Below are positions 51,624-63,340 of a DNA stretch of 64,000 nt, piece after piece. The translations under genes and the position numbers were made by a program. The stretch comes from Botryllus schlosseri (lineage: Eukaryota), in NCBI GenBank assembly GCA_051294905.1, contig CM119372.1, positions 31,808,001 through 31,872,000 on the forward strand. Direction: 5' to 3'. How positions within the stretch are numbered: position 1 is the stretch's first letter; each line of letters begins with the position of its first letter. The notes beneath the pieces were generated by a model, which worked only from the letters and a program-made list of their open reading frames with translations, had not been told where the DNA came from and ran no database searches.

Positions 51624-53259
51624 CAGGCCTGTTTATTTTTGGATTTCTCCAAAAATAACAAAAAATAGCTTAGTTTTGGATGTTTTCAGATTTTAGTTTT
51701 GGAGAATCTCCAAAATTAAGAAATGAAGGCGTTTTTAGCCCTATTACTACTGGAAAACTTCACCAAAAGTATATTATTATCATGTATTCATGTCCTTCAA
51801 CACATGGACATCATCAGTGATCTTGATCTAACTTTCCATTACTTTCGTCACATAGTCTTTGGTCTGGAGAATGCCCTCGAAATAAAAATGAGTGAGTGAC
51901 GCCCGGTACAGACCCTTCTCCCAGTTGATTTTCGAGAAATCGGCTTCGACCCTCGCAGTTGTGGGAAACGTCGAGCCATATGGGTCAAAAGAACTGTCGG
52001 ATGGCTTCAAACTATATAATCTTCCAAACCTTTGCTATTGACAAGCGCTCGTCAATAATGCGCTTGAAAGTGACGTCCATTCTTTTTCGGAGAGACATGG
52101 ATAGGAATTGGTCTTAGATATTCTGGATCTACTCAGGTGTTCACTTGTTCCACAGCCCACCCCGGTGTTTGTCGATCAATTCAGTGAGCTGTAAATAAAG
52201 TAGCCTATATATATATTATATATGTATCACTGTTGTTTATATTATTAGAATCTAAAAGAGCAAGAATTGTCTGTTCTGTCCTAAGAGGTTGCACCACTTG
52301 GTGTGATAGACAGGGCAGGACCCTTTCGTTGTCGGCAACTTCAATTTTTTTAATGCCGTCGAGGAGCCCTGCAATAAAGGCTGCCTCGAACGTGGACGGC
52401 TTCTCTTCGTCGGTGTTCTCGAGAAGGTCGAGGACTGCACGTGCACACCCCTGATCCTCCACAAAGTTGCGTGCCTCAGTGAACTTGATAGTCCAGCACC
52501 CTCTGACCAGAATACATTCCTTGTCGCGGGTGTCATTGTCCCAGTCCTCAGCTGGGCACCAAGCTCGGAGGCGTTCGACCAGGCGATGGGGCTACTCCTG
52601 TAGCTCCACGATCAGATGGTCAAGTCCCTGAAGCTTCGTGACGGTGGTGCTCAGTTCTGTGGTCATGCGATCGAGAACGATCCACCACTGCGGCGAAGGT
52701 GCGCAGGCCGGACTTTTCTAGTTTATAACTCCAAGGAGTTTGGTACGGTGTCAAGTCAACCAATTGGTCACGTTCTTAATTGACCACCACCAGGTGTCAA
52801 TAAACTTGGGGCACATACTTTTCATCTCTTGGATCAAGTCCTGTTGCCGTCTGAGGTAGCCATTCAGTCCCATCATCGTGTGCACGAAGTGATTGTTGTA
52901 GAGGTGGCGGAATTCGGCCTGTGCCACAAGTTCCAGTGGTGCAGCCCGCACCACACTCGCACGATTTCATACCATACCGTCTCTTCAACCCTTGTCACCG
53001 TGCTTCTGATCCTTCCAGTGAGTGGAAGTACTTTTAGCGTTTCGAAGACCCCCACCCTCACAATATTGCTCTTTTTGTGTGTGTTTTTGTGACTTTCCTG
53101 GTGTTGTTTCATCAGTATTCACACTGCTCTGACTCGTTTATTTCATTAAAAAACTTGAAAAAACATCACCCAAAAAAAGCTTATTTTTGGATGTTTTCAA
53201 ATCTTAGTTTTGGAGAATCTCCAAAAATAAAACCCAATATCCAAAAATAAACAGGCCTG
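51624..53259 (-). mobile_element. hAT DNA transposon with an internally deleted, decayed transposase (~51828-53030)
   Basis: TIR CAGGCCTGTTTATTTTT; perfect TSD AGTATCAC. Fragments RVWCGLH, YLRRQQDLI, CPKFIDTWW, PACAPSPQWW, KLQG and FPTTARVEADFSKINWEK...EGILQ, with stops and frameshifts. Confidence 0.85.
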
Positions 53260-54617
53260 AGTATCACTCATTATAACGTCACAACAAAATGTAATATGTA
53301 AAAGTTCCAATATGTACCTTTTGTGCCACCACAAAGAATATAATGCCCGTTATCTAGCAATTTAAAGATACTTTTGGTATTTCTTCGACCCTACCGATTC
53401 CATTGCACTTAGTTAAAATGTCGTAGGAGGGTCATGACTTCAGAAATGTTTTTCCAGTATCGGTCGTATCTTTGTATTATATGTTTTTTTATGCTGCGAT
53501 ACGCCCAATCAAGGTTTCAAGGCTCACACAGTGGAAAATAGCATCCAAACAATATCTCTCGTTGATAAAATAACTTTCAGTTGCGAGGAGCGTATAATTT
53601 CATTACTCGAAAAGATCGTCTTTTGCTACTCGACTCGAATCATTAAAATAATTACTCGATTCAGATTCGAGTACTCGAATCATTGTGCCCAGCCCTAAAT
53701 ACGACAAACAATAACAGACGAGAAATCGCGAATTCAATCAGCAATTCGTCTATTATGTCGCACACGTCGAACTGGTATTTACTGCTCAAAAATAAAGCTC
53801 GAAACGAGAGGTAAGGCACAGATGGGCCAAGCCTTCCCATTGATAACGCAATTCATCGTAAATAGCTTATAATTTATTATAACTGATATTAATCGAATGT
53901 AACTGTCACACTGATTCCGAAAATCTAAATACTGATCGACTTCTCAGTTCTCAAAGTATTCGGCGGTAACATAACGTTGCGACACACGCACACATTTTAT
54001 CACCGGTAGTACAGAGCTACTTACCAATCAAGAACAGGGATAGCAATGACGTTGTTTTTAATTCGAGTTTGTAATTGTGAATATCACGTCCGCGGAAGTT
54101 CATTTCGCGCCGTAGAGCAGGAAGACAATTAGTATTTGAAAACTGCGTTGCGATATGAGCGTCACCATGTCTGCTATGGTGTTTGATTAATCAACGTATC
54201 TCACAATCCAAGATTTCGAGTTGGTCACATAGAATTCCCGAGTGATATTGGTCGCCAACGTGAAAGCAACTTAAATTTGAGGATTTTGAAAAGAGGGGCT
54301 CCGAGCCCCTAAACCTGAAGACGGCATTGTCTTTACCTATCAAAGACATGTTTATACTGCCACGAGAATAATTATTCTGGTCGTGATGAAAATTTACTAA
54401 CAAGTCGGTGCAATATTGATCAATTCAGTACAAAAATAAATATTTGGCAAAAAGCCACACGTTATACCCAAAAGAGCCATATATGGCTCGCGAACCATAG
54501 GTTCCCGGCCATTGTTGTGCACTGTACATTACTATATGACTTAACAGAAATGTAGGGTTTGAATTAGCAATATGACGCCACGTGACGTCATCAGTTTGTG
54601 TTCAAGTTCACATAGAA

Positions 54618-55043
54618 TAGGGTTACCATACGTACTCCTTTAGGAGGATTTGTCCTTCTTTTTCTGGAAATTGAAAATGTCCTCCGAGAACGCCTGAAAG
54701 TCCTCCTTTCTGGCGATTCGTCCTCCTTGACAGCTTTTGCAGTTGGGATAATGGGCAGGTTCAATTGAAAATCGGCCTAAATGACGTGAAATAGTTAATA
54801 TGGAGGTTCGAGCGGGTCATTCGGGAGTCGGATGAAAGTCATAACTTTTTTTAGTCAACACCACAAAACTAAAGTAAAAGGAGACTAAATGGGGTTCGAG
54901 TATAAGTGATGACTTTGTTTTAGTAAACACAACAACATTTCCTGTAAATATTGTAAAATCGGCAGTTTTCAGTTTCGATCAACTAACTTTTATGATTTGG
55001 TAAAAGTTTCCTCCTTTCCCGATTGCAAAACATGGTAACCCCA
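54618..55043. mobile_element. hAT (Blackjack-like ends) MITE
   Basis: TAGGGTTACCAT...ATGGTAACCCCA; TSD ACATAGAA/ACACAGAA; GTCCTC repeats. Confidence 0.8.
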
Positions 55044-55094
55044 ACACAGAACCTTTCAAAAAGGTTCACTATCACACGAACCAGATTTTATTTG

Positions 55095-55366
55095 GGTTTT
55101 TTGTTTTTGTAGTATTCATTGTATTTGTCGACTAATATGGTCATTTACACCAGGCCGATATTCATTTTTTCCGTAAAAGCCGACTTATAGCTCGACCCAC
55201 TTCTAGGCTTTTTGTAAGACACCGCTTACGCGGATGCGGTGGCGAGGAGGAGCCTAGATAAACCTCCAGCGCTTAGATATAGGAATTCTGAAGTCGACCT
55301 TGGTCGGACTCGAACCTGCAACCCATTGGTGTTGAAGACACGGACTACACCACTGCGCTATCTCGC
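55095..55366 (-). mobile_element. tRNA-derived SINE (family B), best-preserved copy
   Basis: Minus strand: A box TAGCGCAGTGG, B box GGTTCGAGTCC, A-rich tail. Confidence 0.85.
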
Positions 55367-55469
55367 TTTGGGTTCAAACCATCCATAGTTGTTAGCATAC
55401 ATATATCATATACTGTCAAACGCGAATATTGCCGATATTAGTTATTCTCTCATGTTAGCCTATTAATTA

Positions 55470-56400
55470 CACTGGTCAACACGCATTTTGGTGCCAAGAA
55501 AGTTTCAACGGTTTTAAGGTATATTTTTAGGTCGCTGAATCCAAAAATGACATTAGTTTTTCTGAATTGGCTCGATTAATTTTTAAATATTCCATATTTT
55601 TGGTTTGAAAAGTGCTAAGAATACGCAAATTGTGACAAAGTTAAAATGCTCTTTGTATACTACGATCTTTGTATACTACGGTTATAGGATATTCTTATGT
55701 CGCTGAATCCGAAAATGACATTGCTTTTCCGAAGAGACCCTATTCTTTGAGATATTCCACATTTTTGTTTAGAAAAGTGCTCAAAATACGCAAATTTTAG
55801 CATAGGTAAATTTCACTTCATACACTACAACTTCGATGAGTTCACATCTGTATTTTCAAGTGAGTGCATAAAGTATTGATCTACTTCTGAAGCCATATCG
55901 TTGAAGACTCAAGTAGTATAAGTACCTGTTAGCGATGTGGGAATATAAAAGATAAACAAAGACTTCCGGAATTGAAAATGCCGCATTTTGGAGTCAGAAA
56001 TGTTGTATTTTGAGCTCCCTGATGGTCGAAAATAGGCCTATCGGAAGTCAGAAAAGTGCATTTCGGAAGTCACAAACGCTGCATTTTGAGCTGTGTGATA
56101 CGCTAAAACCGTCCGTTTCGCAAAATATAATCAATAAGCAGACACAGGAAATTCAGAAACGCGGCGCGTTGTGCATTTCATCGCAAGTGGATTTTGAAAA
56201 CATGTTTTCGAGCGCGACCTATATTCCGTGCGACAAATCACTCTGGTATCCGGCCCGCTCACATCCTGAATTGTTTCCCGTGAAAACAGCTGGTTGGATG
56301 TTTTGTACGGCGACAGTATACTGTACGATCGTAATATGGTATCGAGTATTATGAACATACCAGAAATAATCGCTCAGTGCCAAACTGACTCACTGTGTTA
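55470..56400. mobile_element. Probable Chapaev/Transib-like non-autonomous DNA transposon remnant
   Basis: Starts TTA|CACTG; GTCGCTGAATCC(A/G)AAAATGACATT occurs twice, ~168 bp apart; right end and TSD unclear. Confidence 0.4.
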
Positions 56401-56441
56401 AGTATATCACAAATCACAGATGTATACATTTAATGTGTTTA

Positions 56442-56888
56442 TTAGTGACCCGTAATCAAGCTCTTTACAAATGCACGAACAATTTTATCATTCTCATATT
56501 TTCTATCACCAAAGTAATTTAGATACTGTTCAGTTGAAAAACCTTGACATCTTTTAATCAAATATGAAATACAATGATCAGCGCACATATCAGATTTTTT
56601 ACTTTGAAGCTGTTGCCTGGTAACGCTGAAGTCCTCTGGGCCTAGAAACTCGAGTATCTGGGGTTTTAGTGGTGGGAAACCAAGGGAATCATGGAAATGA
56701 GTAGAGTTATCGCCATATACACACACCCAATGAGAACCTGGTAACGTTGATTCGTCGTAATTGATGACAACAGCAAATTTCTGGTTAACTGATATTTTCG
56801 GTAGCTGATCCACAGCGTAAGTCCCTATGAATAGACTTTTCGTATCAGGATGATTGAAGAGAATATTATTAATCTCATCCGTGTTCAT
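56442..56888 (-). CDS. Polinton adenain-like (adenovirus-type) cysteine protease, 148 aa, intact ORF
   Basis: MNTDEINNIL...FIGTYAVDQLP...INYD...PGSHWVCVY...HDSLG...QLQS...MCADHC: catalytic His, Asp, Gln and Cys all present. ATG overlaps the capsid stop (ATGA). Confidence 0.88.
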   Translation of the reverse strand: MNTDEINNILFNHPDTKSLFIGTYAVDQLPKISVNQKFAVVINYDESTLPGSHWVCVYGDNSTHFHDSLGFPPLKPQILEFLGPEDFSVTRQQLQSKKSDMCADHCISYLIKRCQGFSTEQYLNYFGDRKYENDKIVRAFVKSLITGH

Positions 56889-57196
56889 ATTTCTACGACC
56901 TGTCTTTTCTGGTTCAGTTGTAAGAGGTGTTGATACTCTTTTAAGCAAAGCAATGTCACAGACGTTGGTAGTGGCTTGGAGGTTGTCAAAACTAGGTGTA
57001 CGGTTCCAGTTTTGTGTAGTTGGTAACACCCTAAGCTATTGTCTGGGGTCAAATCACACACGAACAGAGTATAACCGTTCATATAGTCGGTGGGTGATAT
57101 ATTTAATGGTGCCTCACCTTCCCACCTGCCTGTCTCAGAAAAGAGCATCATATAAACTTCTAAACCCCCTGATTTATCGAAATCGAAATGAGTCAA
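56885..57196 (-). pseudogene. Polinton major capsid protein (double jelly-roll), C-terminal ~100 aa; upstream part degraded
   Basis: ISPTDYMNGYTLFVCDLTPD...KTGTVHLVL...LPTSVTLLCLKEYQHLLQLNQKRQV matches the GYTLFxFDLTPD...G.LRL...R.V C-terminus of Polinton MCPs. Confidence 0.82.
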
Positions 57197-57659
57197 AGTA
57201 ATTACTCATCGGTGCATATACGACTTGACATAAACATATTATGTTTCGAGTACACAAGATTTGATTACCCGGTCAATCGCAGAAGAGAATTAATTTATCG
57301 CAAGTGAATCGGTATATTACAGTGTAAAAAATATCGGAATGTCAGCAACTCTTACGGGTATAGTTATTACCACATTCACTAATTTATCCGGCTAACTCGT
57401 CATGATCATTCTTGAAATCAATGCAAACCTGGTCACTGACTTGAGTTAACCACAAAACAGCATCAATTTTTTAATTCTGCTTGTAGCTGTTGGATTATTC
57501 GCATTCGTCGATAGAGAATATTATTGAACTCGTAAGTATGCTATTTCAACGAACTTTCGTTTTATTCCAACCGCGAAAAATAACGTCTAATCGTAAGACT
57601 TGAATCAAATCACACATTTGTTTGATGATAACACACATACAACAAAAACATTCTCGTGA

Positions 57660-57822
57660 TTTTGTAAACTGGTCATACTAATCAATGCATTTGCCAATAT
57701 TAAAATACAAGTCGTCAGACTCTTTTGTTTAAAGTATCATTTTGTAAACTGGTCATGCTAATCAACGCATTTGTCAATATTGAAATACAAGTCATCAGGC
57801 CCTTTTGTTTAAAGTATCATTT
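57660..57822. repeat. 80-bp tandem duplication (2 copies)
   Basis: TTTGTAAACTGGTCAT...AAAGTATCAT at 57661 and 57741. Confidence 0.9.
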
Positions 57823-58369
57823 CAAAATGTAGAAATAGATTTGTTGTTGTCTATGTCAGTCATACAAAATTACATTTCTGCGAGACCGAGGCAAAGTATT
57901 TTTTATTTGAATAAAACAAATCATTCATCTTCGACTTGTGGTCTTAAATCACATTCGACAATTCATCACGAATGCATTGAAGCGAAGTTAGGAAAAAAGT
58001 TGTACAACAAAATTTTTGAAAACAGAGTTATTACCATCTCCATTTGTGAATCTACCTAACACAATCGTGAATCGATGTTTCCAAGTACACCGCAGCGTAT
58101 TAAACTCGCTAGAGTTGTCAATGTAAAATTACGTATGTGTTCGAATTTCGTAATGAAATATTCTTGATTAGGAATTAATTTATTACTCACCTCTGTATGT
58201 ATTACAGAATGCTATAATGTGCTTGCTAAGATTTTACAAATCGGTCAGTTGTAATCGCAAGGGTCAAATGTAAAGCAACAATATCGTTAATGTTGAATTT
58301 ACATACCAACACAAAACATATTTTAATAATTTTCGGTGGCAAGTCGTTATTGATACATTTAACAATCGG

Positions 58370-61300
58370 TTCAATATTTTATTATTAGAGTGTGTGGTGA
58401 GAATTGAAACACTTACGCGCATTTCCGGGTTTCAAGATATCACACTATACGAATTGACATACCGCCGCTTGATTATTGCTTAATCCGTTCGCACCATTTC
58501 AGAAACACGTTGATCATCGCAAAATCAATTTCGAAAATGTTTGTTACCGTTATCTCAGTTGGATAGACTTGAGTTATTTGTAGAACACGCACTATCAGAG
58601 AAATCAAAAACACAACCTACGTGGAAATATGGTAAATGTGTTGGTTCATTAGTACTATTGATATAACTTTCCCCATTTCCATTCGGTAAAGTGATTTTCA
58701 CCACAACACTTAATCACTAAAAGATCTTACTTGGATGTGGTTGAATTCTTGAATTGGCGCTTGAAATCGAAACCCTGGATTGGTCATGACATACTATAGT
58801 TGCGATCAAAACAAGGGATTGGATGCATAAGCACTACTATCTGCAAGGCACCATCGAAGGCCAAAAAGTGTACAAAAAATATGCAAACCAAGTGACGCAT
58901 ATGAAAGAAAATGCTAAAAAAGCATACTTCCAAAAAAGATTTGAAGAGTGCTCCAAAGATCCAAAGAACACATGGAAAACCATTGGAGAAATTATCAACC
59001 TAACTAAAGGTAATGCTCCCAAGAGTGCTGATGACATCGAGCTACTCGAGAATGGCAGCATCATCAAAGACCAGCTTGCAGTAGCAGAAAAGTTCAATCA
59101 GTATTTTTGCAACATTGGTCCGGATCTTGCAGCTTCAATACCAAACTCCTCCGATGACTTTCTCTCGTACTTGAGTCCTGGCCCTCAGAAATCCATTTTT
59201 CTTGAGCCGACAAGTAAAGGAGAAGTTGCGATCGTATTATCTGAAATGAAAAGTAACAAAGCAGTAGGACCCGATCTCATCCCAACTCACTTTCTGAAGC
59301 TAGTCTTTAATATTATTGGTGATGTTATATGCATCTTCTTTAATGAGTCGATACGTCTAGGCATTTTCCCAGATGCACTGAAAACTGCCAGAGTAATGCC
59401 AGTGTTCAAGAAAGGCTGTAAAAAGCTAATTTCTAACTACCGACCAATATCTGTTTTGCCAAATCTTGCCACGGTTTTTGAGAAACTGATTGACTGCCGA
59501 CTCAATAACTTTTTTGAATTGAATGCAGTACTGTCTCCGACTCAGCATGGATTCCGATCCAACCACAACACCAACCATGCAATACTATCAATTGTAACGG
59601 ACTATTACAAGACCATCAAGCAAAAAGAAAGTGGCTGCAGCATTTTTATCGATCTCCGCAAAGCTTTCGACACAGTTAACCACAGAATCTTAAGATACAA
59701 GCTAGAACACTATGGAATCAGGGGTATTGCAGCAACTCTACTTGAAAGCTACCTGGCAAACCGCAAACTATTTGTTAAACTGGGGACATTAAGAACGACT
59801 ACCCGAGATAAAACTTGTGGAGTGCCACAAGGCTCAGTCCTTGGACCGACTTTTTTCCTCATTTATATTACCGACATTGGTAATGCATCTTTATTCCGCA
59901 CAACGCTATTTGCTGATGATACTCACCTCTTCATAACCTCCAACACTGTCGATGGTTTGCATGCATCTGTGAATAGGGAACTCCCAAAAGTGTCGAGATG
60001 GCTCCAAGCAAACAGACTGAGTTTGAATGCAGATTAGACCGAGATGCTCGTTTTAAATAATGCCAGTCATAATTTCACTGTAAACATCAATCATAAACAA
60101 ATCTCAATATGTGACTCAGCAAAATATCTCGGCGTCACGATTGATTCCAAATTGTCTTGTGAGCAGCATATTGAATGCACAATATCAAAACTAGCTCGGT
60201 GTGTGGGAATAATGACCCGTCTCCAATATTTGGTTTCCAGATCAGTACTACGAACCATCTACTTCTCTCTTTTCCACTCTCATCTGCCATATGGAATCGT
60301 AGTATCGGGAAATGCATGCACAACATTTTTGTGCAGAATTCGAACCCTGCAAAACCGTGCGATACGGCTGATCTCATCTGTACCTTTACGTACCAATTTA
60401 TCGCCTTACTACCGTAAGCATCGAATTTTGCGAGTTGATGAACTATATCGCTTCGAAGTATCAAAAGTTGTTCACAAATATTTTTCCAATAGTCTGCCTC
60501 CTGTGTTTGATGACTTTTTCATACCTGCTAAACATGTCCATTCCCATTACACGAGATCCTCGTCTAAAGGAAACATCTACTTACCCTCACCCAATAGCAA
60601 CCTAACTAAGAGATCTATCGACTACTCGGGACCTATCGTCTGGAATGCATTACCATCACATATCCGTGAATTGCCTTATAATAAATTCAAAAAAGCCCTA
60701 CTTGATCACCTCTTGTCGTTACACTAATACTGTTGCCCTACCTCGCCCAGACATTGCTTCATTGATCATTTGCTACTATTGTTTGATTTTTTTTCTATTT
60801 TCCTTTCTTAACTAAACATTTTTTTACAGCCAGACTGTTCAGAGTCAAGTGTACCTGTTTGATGCTGGTGTGATCAGACTAGATGACCTTCAGGTCTTAT
60901 CGATCATTCCTATCTAATACCGAATACTGTGCACACATATTTTCTGTACCACCATCACTGCCGTTTGTTATGTATTTTGGTTTGATGAAAATAAAGACTG
61001 TCTCTCTCTCTCTCTCTAGACAACATCAGTCCTGACTTAGCAGTACAAGTCCCCGAGAGTATCACTGAGCTGTCAACATAGCGCTCATATTTGAATCTAT
61101 CACTTAGTAGATTAAAGCTAAAGCATCGATAGTAACAACCGACGTGATTATTATTATTATTTATTTCGTAATCATTTCAACAAAATTACACACACTGTAT
61201 AATACATTGGTTGTTTTTGCGTGTTACATGAGAATAATCGGATCACAACGAACTCAAGGTGTATTTTACTCACTCGTCGCATTATGGACATTTCCCAACA

Positions 61301-61386
61301 TCGGTTCCGTCGTATGGATAGTTTTTCAAGATACAAATTATGTTAGTGTCCACAAGAGAGCGCTGCCTCGTAATTTCACACATTAA
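58370..61386 (+). pseudogene. Probable Polinton minor capsid (penton) remnant split by the L2 insertion
   Basis: N-terminal-like NTYAHFRV (58408-58431) lies before the LINE. C-terminal-like YMRIIGSQ...GSVVWIVFQDTNYVSVHK (~61225-61356) lies after it and resembles the YxDIxxxQ...FxxPxYVPV motif. Confidence 0.5.
58770..61016 (+). mobile_element. L2/CR1-group LINE, copy 2 (5'-truncated; ORF2 58823-60727 with one in-frame TAG at 60035)
   Basis: KPWI, KNTWKTI, FNQYFCNIG, KAVGPD, FIDLRKAFDTV, GVPQGSVLGP, FADDT and KYLGV motifs; ends AATAAA + (TC)n. Confidence 0.95.
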
Positions 61387-61989
61387 TATGTGTTGTCAAA
61401 AGTCTTGGTCTAGCTCACCAGGCCACATTCCGAAACAGAACATCACCACATATCTATTGAGCGATGTTGATTTCAGTTGATTATATCTACAGGGATCATG
61501 GTAATACGTATTTGCGTTGATAGATTTCTCTTACCTCACACGATAGTGCTGAAACACAGGCATGATGCCTCTGTCCAGATCCTGAAATCGAGAAAGCACA
61601 CCTTGGTGTTATTTGATTTGGATTTCACGCCCGATGAGCCTACAATTCGAGCTGTGCATTGGGATGGCAATTCTATCGTCGAAGTCAACGGTAGAGAGAT
61701 GTATCGATTCATCGGTGTTGTGAATATTCAACGAAAATCGGGCTACATTGTTGTTCATGGTTCCCATATTTAACTTTTAATATATCGCTTTTGTGCTGTT
61801 CATTGTATCGATAGCGTCAACGGTCTAGTTGATCGAATAACCATGTAGTAAGACGAATACGCGAGTGTTTGCGCGTTGGATCTCCAACCCCTCCGTTGAA
61901 CAAAGTCGATTTTATTGATCTCTCGTTGCAAGATTGGAGATCGTCAAAATTAATTTGTAATATAATAAGGCGTACCAAATCACTGGTAT

Positions 61990-62930
61990 GAAAATTGACG
62001 GCTATGATAATGCTACCTATGGATCAAAACTTGCATTATTTCTCAATATTTGTACACCGACACATTGCATGTAATGTCATACGCCTCATTTACACAAATA
62101 CTTGGTATGACTGAAAAACCGTGAAGAAATTGATATGTGTGAAGGTATATGCATTGGTATTTTTCATGGAAGCAAACACGGGTTATGAATGAACATCTTT
62201 ATTTTGAATATTGATCATTAGTTCTGGTTTACCGATTCAGAGTGAATATATTTACAAAAACTTTCTCATATTGGTTATCCGATTTTGAATGATTTTGAGT
62301 GATATGCATTGATCAATAACGAATAACGCATCATATCCGTGTACCTGTCATCTGTATAGTGCTACCAAGAATACTCACAAGCATACAACCCGAATCAATA
62401 GCACGGTGGCGAGAATGAATACATCCATTTTCGAAGATCGTTACCGTTACCCAAGTACCAACCAGGTTACTAAATTGTTACTTCAGACATATTGACGCTG
62501 GAAAATAAATTCAAAGCACGAATCCGAACAAGAACATAATCCACGTATCGAAACCTGTATTATTCACCACATTTCTAAAACATTATGTCGGTGTACAACA
62601 TCACATTGTTATTGCATGCTGGTAACCGATAATTCTGATGCGATGCCCCCTATAACAAGTAAATAGCCTATGCGGTTACACAAATATACTGAAATCGATT
62701 TGGTGTATATTTTTTGTGACTGTTCGTTGGATAATTAATCTGAAACTGACAGCAATCAATGCCAAAATACTTAATTGTCGGTTGTGTATGGTTACGAGAA
62801 TATGATCGCCAAACGAAAATCGTATTTTGAAATATACTTATGGAAATGCAATATGTGACTCTACAGAAGGTTAGCACAATCATGTGACTTGTTCACCGCT
62901 GTCGCTTCACACCGACTATGGTTGCCGTTA
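61990..62930 (-). pseudogene. Possible Polinton A32/FtsK-like packaging ATPase remnant
   Basis: In order on the minus strand, across frameshifts: TIVG..SG.KS (Walker A-like, ~62925-62882), HSRHR (~62420-62403), HITQN (~62306-62291), HNP and EAYD (~62087-62075). Confidence 0.4.
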
Positions 62931-63282
62931 CTGCACTATCAGGCGTGAGAAAGATTTGCACGTCTCATACACAGTATTGATTTGTATCATCGCGCGGGCG
63001 CGAACACTGAACATATCACACATATGATGAAACAAGATCGTTATCCAAATGTGTATATTACATGTTCGGTCTCGAGCAACGCAAAAGAGATGCACTTTTT
63101 CGGAAATGTCGTTGCATGACTCGTTTTTTGAAACTCCACCGAATATCACGCGTAAATCGAATCGAAACATTTCAACTCTTTATGCATTATGTCAATTCGG
63201 TTTAATTTTATTATGGGGTTCCTGGGTATGCAATACACACTAAAATCACAAACAGATCTCGATGATATTTATTTTATAATAT

Positions 63283-63340
63283 TATCAATAATATAATAAT
63301 TATTAACTATATATCAATAATATAATAATTATTAACTATA
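63283..63340. repeat. 29-bp AT-rich tandem duplication
   Basis: TATCAATAATATAATAATTATTAACTATA x2. Confidence 0.9.

Noticed and set aside
53947..54009. VLKVFGGNITLRHTHTF as the CuM HxH exon of the monooxygenase
   Set aside because: Wrong spacing between VF and HxH, wrong phase for the upstream donor, and a stop five codons after the HTH.
55290..55366. tRNA gene (also at 37470-37538 and 49784-49850)
   Set aside because: A and B boxes are present, but there is no closed acceptor stem and the sequence runs into a shared body and A-rich tail: these are SINE heads.
56889..57029. N-terminal 47-aa extension of the protease ORF in the ORF track
   Set aside because: It overlaps the capsid C-terminus in another frame; the ATG at 56888 (MNTDEI) with the ATGA overlap fits Polinton proteases better.
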